From Felis catus (Eukaryota), in contig NC_058369.1 in the NCBI RefSeq assembly GCF_018350175.1, positions 12,526,001 to 12,590,000 on the forward strand: a stretch of 64,000 nucleotides of DNA, given 5' to 3'. The notes beneath the pieces were generated by a model. It worked only from the letters and a program-made list of their open reading frames with translations. It was not told the origin of the DNA and did not search any database. This document shows, in pieces, positions 26,731-40,811 of this stretch (within the stretch, counting starts at the first letter, position 1; every line of letters begins with the position of its first letter). The position numbers were made by a program, and so were the translations under genes.

Positions 26731-27678
26731 GACATTGCTGTATTCCTGGATCAGTTCTAGTAGTTTTTTGGTGGAATCTTTCGGGTTTTCCATATAGAGT
26801 AGCATGTCCTCTGCGAAGAGTGAAAGTTTGACCTCCTCCTGGCTGATTTGGATGACTTTTATTTATTTGTGTTGTCTGATTGCAGAGGCTAAGACTTCCA
26901 ATACTATGTTGAATAACAGTGGTGAGAGTGGACATCCCTGTCTTGTTCCTGACCTTAGGGGGAAAGGTCTCAGTTTTTCCCCATTGAGGATGAAATTAGC
27001 AGTGGGTCTTTCATATACAGCTTTTATGATCTTGAGATATGATCCTTCTGTTCCTACTTTCTTGAGGGTTTTATCAAGAAAGGATGCTGTATTGCTTTCT
27101 CAAATGCTTTCTCTGCATCTATTGAGAGGATCAAATGGTTCTTGTCCTTTCTTTTATTGATGTGATGAGTCACATTAATTCTTTTGCGGATATTGAACCA
27201 GCCTTGCATCCCAGGTATAAATCCCACTTGGTCGTGGTGAATAATTCTTTTAATGTATTGTTGGATCCAGTTGGCTAGTATCTTGTTGACGATTTTTACA
27301 TCCATGTTTATCAGGGAAATTGGTCTCTAGTTTTCCTTTTTAGTGGGGTCTCTGTCTGATTTGGGAATCAAGGTAGCGCTGGCTTCATAGGAAGAGTTTG
27401 GACGTTTTCCTTCCATTTCTATGTTTTGGAACAACTTCAAAAGATTAGGTGTTAACTCTTCTTTAAATGTTTGGTAGAAGTCCCCTGGAAAGCCATCTGG
27501 CCCTGGACTCTGGTTTTTGGGAGATTTTTGATTACTAATTCAATTTTTTTACTGGTTATGGGTCTGTTCAAATTTTCTATTTCTGCCTCTTTCAGTTTTA
27601 GTAGTTGATATGTTTCTAGGAATTTGTCCATTTCTCCCAGATTGCCCATTTTATTGGCGTATGATTGCTTGTAATATC
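26731..27678 (-). mobile_element. Internal L1 ORF2 (reverse transcriptase) fragment, truncated at both ends
   Basis: EMDKFLETY..., [30 protein letters not shown], degenerate FAED(=FADD)MLLY; frameshifted; no poly(A). Confidence 0.92.
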
Positions 27679-27857
27679 AATTGTTGCAACTCTTAATTTA
27701 GTTTTGCCACATTCCGTCACTTGTAATTTGGCTACGTTTGAAGCCATCATCTTTTCTTTGGTAAGCCAGGGAATTTCCAAACCAACAGGCATTTTGGTAG
27801 TTGGAAGGTCAAAATGTTTTCAGCTAATGTATTCTCCCCGACCCTGGTCTACTGCAG

Positions 27858-28066
27858 GAGAAGTGAGGTATGTGAAGGTGTTTGCCAAAGGGACACTTGC
27901 CCTCTCTGCCTCAAAGGACCATACACTGCGCTTGTGGAATCTACTGACTGGCCAGGAGAAATTCACCATTTGGGATGGAGGCTCAAAGGATCCCATGCAA
28001 CCTGAGACCTGGAGTCTTCACTTGGATGAAACAAAGAAGGTTGTGTATTTGGCATCTGGCTCAAAG
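27858..28066 (+). CDS. NWD1: NWD1 coding exon, WD40 (EVRYVKVF...SASKDHTLRLWN...SGSK)
   Basis: actgcag|GA ... AAG|gtaaca; WD40 signature. Confidence 0.93.
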
Positions 28067-29646
28067 GTAACAAACACCTGCCCCTGTTTGCAAAGGAAAG
28101 AGACCAGAGCTTTCCAAGACAGTATATGCTGTTTCTATGAGGAGGGGCTCCCTGATAGGGGGTGGGTGTAAACAGGGGTACACAACCACTTGATAGGATG
28201 CTATCAGGGGGTTCAAACTTCACAGTTGGATTAGATGATTTCAATAGTTCTATCTGACCCTGAAGAATTGAGACCTTTCATCTTTTTTAACTTGGTCATT
28301 TTTAGTACTATGAATTTCCCTCTGAGTACAGCTTTACTTGAATCCCACAAACCTTGATACATCATATTACCATTTGCAGTCAGTTTAAAATACATTTGGA
28401 TTTCCCTTTTGATTTGTTCTTTATTCCATGGGCTATTTAGAGGTGTGGTATTTGGGGCCCCCGGGTGGCTCCTTCAATTAAGCGTCTGGCTTAGGCTCAG
28501 GTCATGATCTCATGGTTTGTGGGTCTGAGCCCTGCATCAGGGTCTATGCTGACAGTTCAGAACCTGGAGCCTGCTTCGGATTCTGTGTCTCCCTCTCTCT
28601 CTCTCTCTGCTCCTCCCCAGCTCATGCTATCTCTCAAGAATGAATAAATGTTTAAAAAAATTGTTTTTAAATTTGTTTTTAATGTTTAATTATTTTCGAG
28701 AGAGAGAGAGAAAGAAAGCACAATCAGGGAGGGCAGAGAGGGAGACACAGAATCCGCAGCAGGCTCCAGACTCTGGGCCGTCAGCACAGAGCCCGATGCG
28801 GGTCTCAAACCCATGAATCAGGAGATCATGACCTGAGCCAAAGTCGGACACCCAGGCGCCCCAACATTAAAACAATTATAAAAAAAAAAAGTATGCTATT
28901 CATTTCCAGATATTTGAAAGATTCCCAGATAGCTTACCTTTTTTTTCTCCCTAATTTAATTTCATTTGTATGACGAATCCTTTCATTTGAGATTCATTTT
29001 ATGATCTTTTTCTGGTAAATGTCCCACCTGCAACTGAAAACAATGTGTATTCTGCTGTGTTATTCTTTTATATCACCTATAACCCTATGATCTGATTGTT
29101 TTATGAATAGAGACACAGAAGAATAGTGAGTGAAAGCTTAGTAACTAAAGGGCTTGGGAAAAAAATCTCTAGCTAATTCCCAGGTGACTTCTTTGCAAGC
29201 TGAGTGATCTTGATACATTACCTTACCGCTCTGCTTCATCTACTAGATGAGATAATGACTAAAACATGTGGCATAGTGCTTGGTACATAGTAAGCACCAA
29301 ATAATTAGTAGCTGTTAATTATTATATTTTATTAGTAAATGGAAGTTGTTCATGTAAGTAATATCGGTAGCTTATAAACTATACTGTCCAGTGTGGGGCA
29401 TCACCACCTAGACGTGGTTACTGAACACTTGAAATGTGCTTATTCTGGATTGAGATGTGCCCTAAGTTTAAAACACACTGGATTTCAAAGCCCTAGTATC
29501 ATAAAAATGAGGTAACATATTTCAATGATAATTTTATATTGATTACATGTTGAAATGATAACATTTGGACATATGGGTTAAGTAAAATGTATTATTTAAA
29601 TTGCTCTCCCTTGTTTTTCTTACTTTTTTAAATGTTTATTTTTATT

Positions 29647-29685
<39 letters not shown>

Positions 29686-31180
29686 AAGCAGTCACCCGGG
29701 CGCACAAGTCGGGGAGGGACAGAGAGAGGAAGACAGAGGATCTGAAGCAGGCTCCCCGCTGTCAGCAGAGAGCCGGATGCGGGGCTCGAACTCACGAACT
29801 GTGAGATCATGACCCGAGACTGAGCCACGCAGGCACCCTTCTTCTTACTTTTTCTAAAGTGATTGATAAAAAATTTAAAGTCACATGCAGCTTGCCTTGT
29901 ATTTTTACTGACGGTGCAGGCTTCAATATTAGAGAGGTGTTGACTGATTGCAAAACTGGTTAAAGAAATCATTTGGTTATCAGCAGAAGTCAGGAAAATA
30001 CAGTAAAGAAATAAGAAATGATAATAAACAATCCCTAAGACAAATGCTGTCAACATTTTACAGGGTTTTATTTTATGTGGGTTTCATACACATACACATG
30101 TGCATGTATGTATAACACAAAATGGGGACAAAAACATATATGAAGCTATCGATGCAGTTTCAGAAATCTATTTTATTTGTCCATGACCTTAAGCATTCTT
30201 CAAAAACAGCATGCTTAGTGACTTCCTAAGATTGCCTTGCATGACTCCATGGTAGTTATGTACCTGATCCCTTACTGCTGGACAGATAAGTTGTTTCCAG
30301 TTCCTTGCACCTTCAAATAATTGAGGCAACTTTCCTTCTACATAGATCTTTGTATCTCTCCATATTTCTTTAGAGTAAACCCCAGGGGTGCCTGGGTGGC
30401 TCAGTCGGTTAAGCATCTGACTGCGGCTCCGGTCATGATCTCACGGTTCGTGAATTCCAGCCCCGCGTTGGGCTCTGTGCTGACAGCTCAGAGCCTGGAG
30501 CTGTCCAATTTTGTGTCTCCAATTTTGCGTGCTTCCAATTCTGTGTCTCCCTCTCTGCCCCTCCCCTGCTCGCACTCTCTCGAGAATAAATAAACATTAA
30601 AAAAATTTTTTTCTAGAGTAAACCCCGAAAGGAGAATTAATGGGCAAATGTTTACTATTTAAATGGTTACTGTCAATTAAAAAGGGTACTTTTTCTGGTG
30701 AGGTTAAATATGAAATCTGCTCTGATCAGTAATTACTTGAGGTGAACATATATGTGAACGTATACGGCGTGGCTAACTTTTCTCTCATTCTTGAGACTGT
30801 CACTTTGGAGAAATTTTAGGTTCGTGGAAAAGTGATAGAGCTGTTAGAAAGAGTTCCCATATGCCCTTCTGTTCAGTCTCCTGTAATGTCAACATCTTAC
30901 ATAATCAGGGTACATTCGCCACAGCTAAGACATTAATGTTGGTCATTTCTATCAGCCCAACGCAGACTTCACTTGGATTGCATCAAGTTTTCCACCAATG
31001 TCCTTTTGCTGTTCTAGGCTCTGATCCAGGGTGTGTCTCCCGCCTGCCTTGTTTGGAACTGCCAACGCTGAAAAGGAAATGCATGCACTACGAAAAAGCA
31101 CGGGTTTTGCGTTTGCCCCTGGAAAACCCGCCACCCAGGTCTCTCACTGAGATTTCTCTTCCTTTTCACGACTCCATTAG

Positions 31181-31453
31181 GTCAGTGCGTGGCATCTAGA
31201 AACTGCAGAACTGGTTTTCCAGATCCTGGGAGATCCCTCTGACTGCTGGGTGTATGCAGGAGTGCTGGCTTCCCGGGCCACGCTGCTGACCGTGTCCCAG
31301 GGTGGCGTGGCCGGCCTGTGGAGCTCAGCCACAGGAAAGCCGCAGGGGAGGCAACATTTATCCAGCATCAAGGAAGAAACGCCTACCTGTGGGGTCTCGC
31401 TCCAGAAGCAGGGGAAGATGGTCACCGGGTTCAGCAAGGGCTCCGTCTCCTTG
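31181..31453 (+). CDS. NWD1: NWD1 coding exon, WD40 (VSAWHLETAE...GSVSL)
   Basis: ccattag|GTC ... TTG|gtaagc; 273 nt, phase 0/0. Confidence 0.92.
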
Positions 31454-32050
31454 GTAAGCTGTTTTACTGAGTGTGACGCCCACATTGCTTGGCCTCAAAG
31501 TGCCCAGATGTCTTCACCTTCGGTCATTTTTTATTTTTTATTTATTTTATTTTATTTATTTATGTTTATTTTATTTTTGAGAGAGAGAGAGACAGAGCCT
31601 GAGCAGGGGAGGGGCAGAGAAGGAGGGCGACCCAGAATCCAAAGCAGGCTCCAGGCTCCGAGCTGCAAGCACAGAGCCCGACACGGGGCTCGAACCCACG
31701 CACCGCGAGACCGTGACCTGAGCCGAAGTCAGATGCTTCACCAACTTGAGCCCCCCGGGCGCCCCTACCTTTGATCTTTTAATAAATGACATTTGGCTTC
31801 TTAATTCTAGGGATTTGCAACTGCGCGTTTCAGGAAACCTCTCTTGGTGTCTCCTGGGGGCCGGCCAATGTGCGTAATTGTTGGCACTCGGTCCTGACAA
31901 AAATGTCTTGAGGCATTGCCAGCTCTTGGCCGGCGAGGGTGGCACAAAATCGCCCTCCCACCCTTTGAGAACCGCTGCCCCGGACGCATTACGTAAAAGC
32001 AAACTTGCAGAACAGTATCTATGACGGATGGTACAAAAAAGGATGGTCGA

Positions 32051-32280
32051 GGGGCGCCTGGGTGGCGCAGTCGGTTAAGCGTCCGACTTCAGCCAGGTCA
32101 CGATCTCGCGGTCCGTGAGTTCGAGCCCCGCGTCGGGCTCTGGGCTGATGGCTCGGAGCCTGGAGCCTGTTTCTGATTCTGAGTCTCCCTCTCTCTCTGC
32201 CCCTCCCCCGTTCATGCTCTGTCTCTCTCTGTCCCAAAAGTAAATAAACGTTGAAAAAAAAAAAAATTAAAAAAAAACAA
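32051..32280 (+). mobile_element. Young Felidae CanSINE
   Basis: TSD aaaaaggatggtcg; CpGs retained. Confidence 0.9.
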
Positions 32281-33221
32281 AAAAGGATGGTCGTGTAAAT
32301 GCTCACCTGTGCAAGCAGGTGCTCACAAAGTAGACAACAGCCCCTTCTGGGGTGAAGGGACAATGGCAGGAAAGGTGGAGAGGTGTTCCTGATGTGCTCT
32401 GGATACTTCTTCCCCCCCCCCCCCCCCCCATCTTATACAGTATTGTTTAACTCTCTAAGTTTTAAAAGGAACATTTTTTTTTTCAATCAGCAGTTAAAAA
32501 AATCAACAGTGAGAGCCATGAGGAAATTCATTTCTCCCACCCCCACTACACGAAGGTGAACGAATATATTTTTTTAAACATTGGCTTGGATTAGTGCCAA
32601 CAACTCCCTTTTCTTGGCCCCCGAGGCATCCTGTCTGTGCCCCTCCCCGAGGTAATGAATGTAAAGTTTTTGGCTCTCGGCCTGGTGGCTGTCAGATGCT
32701 CAAAAATCAGTAGCTGAGAAGCCAATATTGCACCGTATATTAACTAACTAAAATTTAAATTAAAAAAATAATCCGTAGCTGAATTGGGGCTGCAGGATTG
32801 AGGAAAGAACCATCCTCTTCGATCTGAACAGAATCAGTCCTGCAACTCGGGAATGGGAGTTTCCATCTTATTTGAGATCTCCAGAGCTCCTCTGGGGGCA
32901 GGAAACAAGTGCCGGAATGTTCTCCGGGTGCCTGAGCTAGTTACAAAAACAGTATCAACGGTAATACTAAGAGCTACCACGTTGGGAGGGCTGACTATGT
33001 GCAGGTTGTGGGGGGAACCATTCTGCATGATTCTTAGCCCATGATGGTCCTATGTGGTCGTCCTGTATCATCGCCCATTTAATAGATGAGGAAACTGAGG
33101 TACCCAAGGGCTAAGGAATTTTCTTGGAAGCTGGTGAGTGACAGAGCCTTGCATTCAAACTCTTGACCCTGGACTCTTAACCCTGTGGAAATGCTTGATG
33201 GGCATCCTTGACTTTGCACAG

Positions 33222-33312
33222 ATTTCCCCCGAAGGAGACAGCCTGCTGGAGAAGCTTCCGGAAGCTGTGAGGTTCCTGGTAGTCTCTGAAGATGAGTCCC
33301 TTCTCGCTGCAG
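33222..33312 (+). CDS. NWD1: NWD1 coding exon (ISPEGDSLLEKL...SLLAA)
   Basis: tgcacag|ATT ... G|gtagta; frame consistent. Confidence 0.9.
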
Positions 33313-34499
33313 GTAGTATCTAACTCTTATTTGGAGCCATGGTGGCAGGGAGTGGGGGTGGGGGCAACTCTGGATTTGGTTGGAAGTGGTGGAGAGGGGT
33401 TTGGAGGGAGGGGGGCCATTCGAGACCCGTGGCTGGCAAACCCTTTTCTGAAAGGCCACAGACCCAGTGGTCCCTGTCGCACCTGTAACGTGAAAGCCTC
33501 CACAGATGATATTTCAAGTGGGGCCGGCTGTGTGCCACTAAGACTTTGTTGATGGATGCCCAAATTTGGATTTTGTATCCTTTTCACGTGTCACAAAATA
33601 GTAGTCTTATATTTATTTATTTTTTCAACGATTTAAAATCGTAAAACCTATCCTGACCTCACGGGTCACACAGAAATAGATGCCAGGCCAGTTTTGGCCC
33701 CCGGGCTGCAGCTTTCCCTGTTCGGGGTAAACCTAACCTCTCTGTGCTTCTGGTTCATTTGAGATGAGGGTGCTTATCCCCGCCAGTCACAGGGATTAAG
33801 GAGTGCTGCATGAGAGGATGGGGTGCTCCCAGGGAGGAGCCAGGCAATGCAGCCCCTACAATAAGGTAGCCACAAAAAAGTGTGGTTGGTGCTATAACCA
33901 GACAAGAATCAGGGGTCATGGGAGTGGGTGATAGAGTTTTCTTCTTCTGTCTGAAACAGGGAAGGCTTCCTAGGAGGTGACCAACAGACAATCCGCAGCC
34001 CGATTAAAGAAAAAAAAAAAAAGACTATTTTTTCTTTCTCTCTTTTTCTTTTAACGGTTATTTATTTTCGAGAGGGCGCAAGTGGGGGAGGGACAGAGAG
34101 AGGGGGGACAGAGGATCTGAAGCAGCGATGTGGGGCTTAAACTCACGAACTGCGAGATCATGACCGGAGCCAAAGTCATACGCTCAACTGACTGAGCTTC
34201 CCAGGTGCCCCCAAAAAGACTATTTTGTTTAAAGGTCAGTTTGGGGGATGCCTGGCTGGCCCCGTCGGAGGAGTGTGTGACTCTTGATCTCAGCGGTGGT
34301 GAGTTCGAACCCCATGTTGGATGTAGAGATTGCTTAAATAAATAAATATTAAAAATATATATATATATCATAGGGTGCATGGGGTAGCTCAGTTAGTTGA
34401 GCATCCAACTCTTGATTTCAGCTCAGGTCTTGATCTCATGGTTCATGGGATCTAGCCCCACATTGGGCTATGCACTGACAGCACGGAGCCTGCCTATGA

Positions 34500-34542
<43 letters not shown>

Positions 34543-37500
34543 CCTCTTTCCCTTCTCAAAATTAAAAAAAAAAAATGAACTTAAAAAAAATAAAGATCGG
34601 ATTTGGGTTCACAGCCAGGTTGAGCAGAAAGTACAGAGATTTCCCACAGACCCCCTATATCCCCCCCACTCCGTACTCTCATGCAGCCTCCTCCAATATC
34701 AACACCCCCCACTGGAGGGGTGCATTTGCTACAATCGATGAACCTGCATTGACACATCATCATCACCCAAAGTCTGTAGTTTACGGTCATTCTGGCTGTA
34801 GTGCCTTCTATGGATTTGGACAAATGTGTAATGGCGTATATCCACCACTATAACCTCAGATAGGGTAATTTCATTGCCCTAAAATCAGCCCTGATTTTTA
34901 TAAGGGGTCAGAGGAACTCTAGACCAGTGCTGTCCAGTAATGCAAGCCACAAATGTGAGCCACATTCATAACTGAATGTTCTCATGACCCTATTTAAATT
35001 TTGTAAACGTTTATTTATTATTGAGAGACAGAGACAGAGCATGAGCAGGGGAGGGGCAGAGAGAGAGGGAGACACAGAATCCGAAGCAGGCTCCAGGCTC
35101 TGAGCCGTCAGCACAGAGCCCGATGCGGGGCTCGAACTCACAAACCGTGAGATCGTGACCTGAGCCGAAGTCATATGCTTAACCAACTGAGCCGCCCAGG
35201 TGCCCTGGCATGACCCTATTTAAAAAGGCAAAAAGACACAGGTGTCATTCATGTGAATAATATATCTTATTTAACCCAATACATTCTAAAAATTTAACAT
35301 GAAATTGACATAAAAATTCTTAGCGGTATTTTTCACAGTCGTTTAAGCGTCCAACTTCGGCTCAGGTCACCATCTCCAGGTTCGTGAGTTCGAGCCCCAT
35401 GCCGGGCTCCGTGCTGACAGCTCGCAGCCTGGAGCCTGCTTCGGATTCTGTGTCTCCCTCTCTGTCTGCCCCTCCCCCGCTCGTGCTCTGTCTTTCTCTC
35501 TCAAAAATAACCAAACTAAAAAAAAAAAAAAAAAAATGACAAAATTCTCGCGCGAAGGTTATGCAACCTGGCACGTGTTCTACACCAACAGCTCATCTCG
35601 ACTTGGACCAGCCACATGAAGAGCCACGTGTGGCTCGTGGTGATGGCTCCTGCACATCTTCCGTCCAGTTTCCAAAAGAATCTTAGGTGGCGCAAGTATG
35701 CGCGAAAGGCAGCATGGGAAACAGGCACGTGAGAAGAAAGACGAACAAAGGGTACAGGCACGGACTGGAATCAGGACTGAGGTCAAGGGCACTGAAGACC
35801 CCAGTGACCTAGAAACCTGTTACAGCGGGTTTCACGTGTGGCTCTTTCCAGCGGCCAATGAGGAGAAGCCCGAGCAGTTTCCCCATCCACAGCTTCGGGA
35901 ACCCACCTGTTGCTCTAGAAGAGGTAGCCCAATCCCAGCTTAGCTAAGATCAGGCACGGATTTCTTTCCAGTGTCAGAAACGGAATTGTGGTTCAGGGGG
36001 TCCCTTGGATTAAGATCAGCAAAGGGTAGAGGTGTGTGGGGCTGAGTTCAGAAGACACCAGGCCCAAGCTTCCAGGTGTCCCCTCCCCGTGGAGTCACGT
36101 GGACAGCGCTTACTTCTGTCAGCGACCGTGTGTGACAACAGCACCGACCGGGGGAGCTCAACCAGCCTTGGCGTCCAGGATTTTTACCGGGGGTTGATTA
36201 TGGAGACACAGCTGATCACCTGCCCGGCTGACCTCGGTCTCCCAACAACCCCCCCCCCCCAAGGTCAAGCTGATACCGTGTGTCCCAAAGCTCCCACTGC
36301 CAAACACACGTGAGCGTTGGCCATCCCGTGTGGCCCAAGGCCTCAAGTATAACCAGGATACTTTTTTTTAATGCTTATTTATTTTTGAGAGATAGAGAGA
36401 GAGAGTGCAAGTGGGGGAAGGGCAGAGAGAGAGGGGGAAGAGCACAGACGGAGGGGGACAGAAGATCCGAAGCGGGCTCCGTGCTGACAGCAGAGAGCCC
36501 GACGTGGGGCTCGAACTCACAAACGGTGAGATCATGACCTGAGCTGAAACTGGACACTTAACTGAATGAGCCACCCCGGGGCCCCACAAGGACACTTTTA
36601 TCAAAGAGGACATTCCAAGGGCTTAGAGGGCACCTCTCAGGAGCCTGGCAAGGGCCAAACCATTCACGTGCAGAACAGGGACACCCAGGCCTGCTGAGTT
36701 AACCCTTTCCTGCACACGAATGGGATGCAAATATCCTTGGACAGCAGATATCCTGATGCACTCGATCCGTTTCCCGTAACGTCCTTCTGTGTGAGCCTCA
36801 GGTTCAAGTGTAGTTCAATAAAACAATTGCATGGAGGGCCTGGAGAGGCGATCAGACGGACGGCCAGCCCCCAGCTGACTTGACTCAGGCGTTTCCAGGA
36901 GTCTAAACTGGGCTGGTGCAGGCCAGGTGCATAGCACAAGAGTCCCACACCGGCCCCCCTGCCCCCACCACGTCCCGGCCTGCATGATCTGGCCTTGGGG
37001 CCCTCTTTCCTGCACTGCCAGGGGCCCTCTTAACAAAACACTTCACCCAGCCCATATTTGGAACACAATGAGCAATCCCCCTTGGGTAGGGTGCCGGGTA
37101 AAATATAGAACGCCCAGTGAAACTTCAGATAAACAACAAATCAACTTTTCAGTATAAATATACCCCACGTAATATTTGGGATCTACTTCTGCTAATTATA
37201 GCAATTTCACTGTTTATCTGAAATTCTAGTTCAACGGCATTGTCCTGTTGGGTGTTTTGTTTTGTTTTGTGTTAAATCTAGCAAGGCTCTCCCTCCCTCC
37301 CCTCCCCCTCCTTCACTCTGCTCTACCCACACTGGCCTCTGTGCTGCCCCTGAGACATACACGCAGGCCTTTCCTACCTCCTGGTCATCCCAGGCTGTTC
37401 CCACCCTTCCAGGGCCTGCCACCTTCTCAGATGTCCGCTCAAAGGTCCTGTGGTTGCTGTAACTACCACATAAATGTGGTGGCTCAAAACAATAGAAATC

Positions 37501-38250
37501 GGGGCGCCTGGGTGGTTAAGTCGGTTAAGCATCCGACTTCGGCTCAGGTCACAATCTCACAGTTTGTGAGTTTGAGCCCCGCGTCGGGCTCTGTGCTGCC
37601 AGCTCAGAGCCTGGAGCCTGCTTCACATTCTGTGTCTCCCTCTCTCTCTGCCCCTTCCCTGCTCATGCTGTGTCTCTCTCTGTCTCAAAAATAAATAAAC
37701 ATTAGGGGCGCCTGGGTGGCGCAGTCGGTTAAGCGTCCGACTTCAGCCAGGTCACGATCTCTCGGTCCGTGGGTTCGAGCCCCGCGTCAGGCTCTGGGCT
37801 GATGGCTCAGAGCCTGGAGCCTGCTTCCGATTCTGTGTCTCCCTCTCTCTCTGCCCCTCCCCCGTTCATGCTCTGTCTCTCTCTGTCCCAAAAATAAATA
37901 AACATTTGGAAGAAAAAATAAATAAACATTAAAAAAAAAAAAAAAGAAAGAAAAGAAATCTCTTTCCTCACAATTCTAGAGGCCAGAAGTCCAAAATCAA
38001 GATGTGGGCAGGGGCGCTTGGCTGGCTCAGTCGGTTAAGCGTCTGACTCTTAGTTTCGGCTCAGGTCATGATCTCACGGTTCGTGGGTTTGAGTCCCGCG
38101 TTGGGCTCTGTGCTGATAGTGGGAAGCCTGCTTGAGATTCTCTTTCTCTCCCTGTCTCTACCCCTCCCCTGCTCATGCTCTGTCTCTCTCCCCCTCTCTC
38201 TCTAAATAAATAAATAAACTTTAAAAAATTACTCAAAAAAAAAAAAAAAA
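37501..38250 (+). mobile_element. Cluster of three CanSINEs inside an MLT1-like LTR
   Basis: SINE heads at 37501, ~37704 and ~38011; MLT-like flanks (cacaattctagaggccagaagtcc). Confidence 0.8.
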
Positions 38251-38540
38251 AATGTGGGCAGGGTCATGGTCCCTCCAAAGCCTCCAGAGAAGAACCCTTT
38301 TTTGCCCCTTCTAGTTTCTGCCTTGTGATTCTTTGACTTGTGGCCACATTTCTCTGGTCTCCCCCTTCATGCCTTGTCTGCCACACGTGTCTCGGTGTCA
38401 TTTTCTTCACGTGGCAGCCAGTCCCCTTGACTTCATTGCCCTTATTGCAGATTCCAACTATTTTCTTGTCCTTCCTATCCTCCTCCCTACCCCCTTCCTC
38501 CCTCCCTTCCTTCCCTCCGTCTTCAAAACATATCTACCTT

Positions 38541-38769
38541 GGGGCGCCTGGGTGGCGCAGTCGGTTAAGCGTCCGACTTCAGCCAGGTCACGATCTCGCG
38601 GTCCGTGAGTTCGAGCCCCGCGTCGGGCTCTGGGCTGATGGCTCAGAGCCTGGAGCCTGCTTCGGATTCTGTGTCTCCCTCTCTCTCTGCCCCTCCCCCG
38701 TTCATGCTCTGTCTCTCTCTGACCCCAAAAAAATAAATAAACGTTGAAAAAAAATTAAAAAAAAAAAAA
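38541..38769 (+). mobile_element. Young Felidae CanSINE
   Basis: TSD aaaacatatctacctt. Confidence 0.9.
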
Positions 38770-39119
38770 CATATCTACCTTATGTCCAGCTTTGTGCTGG
38801 GTTCTGGGATACCAGGAGCAGCCCCAACAGGCGGTCCCAGCCCTCTGGAAACTCACAGTCTTGCGATAATAAATAACTTTGCTGTTTTCTGCAAGGTTAT
38901 TGGTCACTGTTTTCAGCTGCCGCCCCCACCCCCCGCCTCCCACCCCTGCACCTGACAACTCTAGGCTGTGTGATGGCACGGGCCATGTCTCTCTTGTTCG
39001 CCACCGTGTTGCTCCCACAGCCAAGTAGTCGGTGCTCAAAAAAGTCTTTGTTGACTAAACCGAACTCCTGTCAAGCTCCTCCAGGAATGAAAGGGATAAT
39101 CCCATCCCTGCCCTTTCAG

Positions 39120-39274
39120 GGTTTGGAAGATCCGTCCGGATATTCTTGGCAGACTCACAGGGGTTTCATCGATTCATGGCCACCGACCTTGAACACGAGG
39201 ACACCGTGGAGACAGCCAGTTTTGGTCCTGAGAACAATCTGATTGTCACCGGGTCCCGGGACGCCCTCATTCAG
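39120..39274 (+). CDS. NWD1: NWD1 coding exon, WD40 (FGRSVRIFLADS...TGSRDALIQ)
   Basis: ctttcag|GG ... CAG|gtcaga. Not in the ORF track; translated by hand and in frame. Confidence 0.92.
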
Positions 39275-39577
39275 GTCAGAGGTCATCCTCACTCCGCCTC
39301 TGGAATAGAAAAGTATGATTCTTGAGAGGTCTTTTGGCTTCGAAATACAGAGATTCACAGAAACTAGTGCAGGCGAAACAGAGCAGGTCACTGGGAAGAT
39401 GTGGGGGAGGGATCCCCTGAGACCCAGGAAGGGGATAGCATTCCCACGGAACCTGAAAAAACGGGGAGGATTTTGGCCTTCAGAGTGGAGAAGGGTTGGG
39501 AGGAAATGGCAGAAAATTCCCACCGAGCTCAAAGTTCTCACTCTGATGGGAAAAGCACATACTAAAGTAGCAGTTCT

Positions 39578-39795
39578 GGGGCGCCTGGGTGGCGCAGTCG
39601 GTTAAGCGTCCGACTTCAGCCAGGTCACGATCTCGCGGTCCGTGAGTTCGAGCCCCGCGTCGGGCTCTGGGCTGATGGCTCAGAGCCTGGAGCCTGTTGC
39701 CAATTCTGTGTCTCCCTCTCTCTCTGCCCCTCCCCTGTTCACGCTCTGTCTCTCTCTGTCCCAAAAATAAACAAATGTTGAAAAAAAAAAAATTT
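39578..39795 (+). mobile_element. Young Felidae CanSINE
   Basis: TSD taaagtagcagttct. Confidence 0.9.
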
Positions 39796-40811
39796 AAAGT
39801 AGCAGTTCTCCAACGTTCTGGCCTTAGGACCTCCTTACATTCTTAAAGGTTCTCAAGGATCCCAAAGATTCTCAATAAGTGGGTTATATCAGTTTGATGT
39901 ATAGATTTATATATTGGATTTGCATATTCTTAACAAATGAGTTATTTGGGGAATAGTTTTAGGAGGTACAGAAGAGTTGCCAAGAAAGTACAGGGAGTCC
40001 CCACACATACATATTTATCTCATCTACACCCTGCTTGCCTCGATGTTACCATCTCATGTCCCCCCGGGCCCTTTATCAAAACTGAAACATTTATACTGGG
40101 ACAATACTGTTATTAACCGATCTGCAAATTCTTCTGTAGTTTCACCAGCTTTCCCACAAACGTCCTCTTTTTCTTTATTCTGGGATCCAGTCTAGGATCC
40201 CGCGTTGCATTTGGTCCCTGATGGTAATTACCATATTAAAAATTAGCAGCGAGGACATCCAAAAATACTTCTCCGTTGATTCATGAACATTACATGTCAA
40301 TGTAATAACACACTTTTATGAAAATCCTGTAGTTTCTGAAACAAACAAACAGACAAAACTCACGACAAGAGTGGCGTGGTTGCGCATTTTGACGAATCTC
40401 TTTCGTGTCTGGCTCAATAAGAGACCGTTGGCTTCTCGTACTTGATTCTGCATTCTCTGATCTGGTGTGACATCTCATGTCCCATAGCTTCTGGAAACCT
40501 CCACCGCTCCTTTGTGAGAGGAAGAGAGTAGAAAAGGCAAATGGCATCTTGAATTATGATGAAAACAGTTTTGTGTTTGCAAGCCCTCCTGAAAATGCCT
40601 GGCGGTACCCTCCAGGGGTTCCCTGGACCACACTTTGAGAACTGCTGTGGTAGTGGCTCGGTGAGGGGTGGGGAGGTTTGAGGGGGTGGAGAAGGCCCTT
40701 GAACTGCAGCCTGAGAATTCACCAGAGGTGGACAAATCGGTTCATGCATATTTCTTAGCTATGACAGCGTAAGGAAGAAGTCAGCTTTGGCCCTCTGCTG
40801 TCTGTCCTCAG

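Noticed and set aside
26731..27678. Reverse transcriptase next to a STAND NTPase, superficially like a retron or Avs defence locus
   Set aside because: The RT is a frameshifted intronic L1 fragment with a mutated catalytic motif; the NTPase is the spliced vertebrate gene NWD1.
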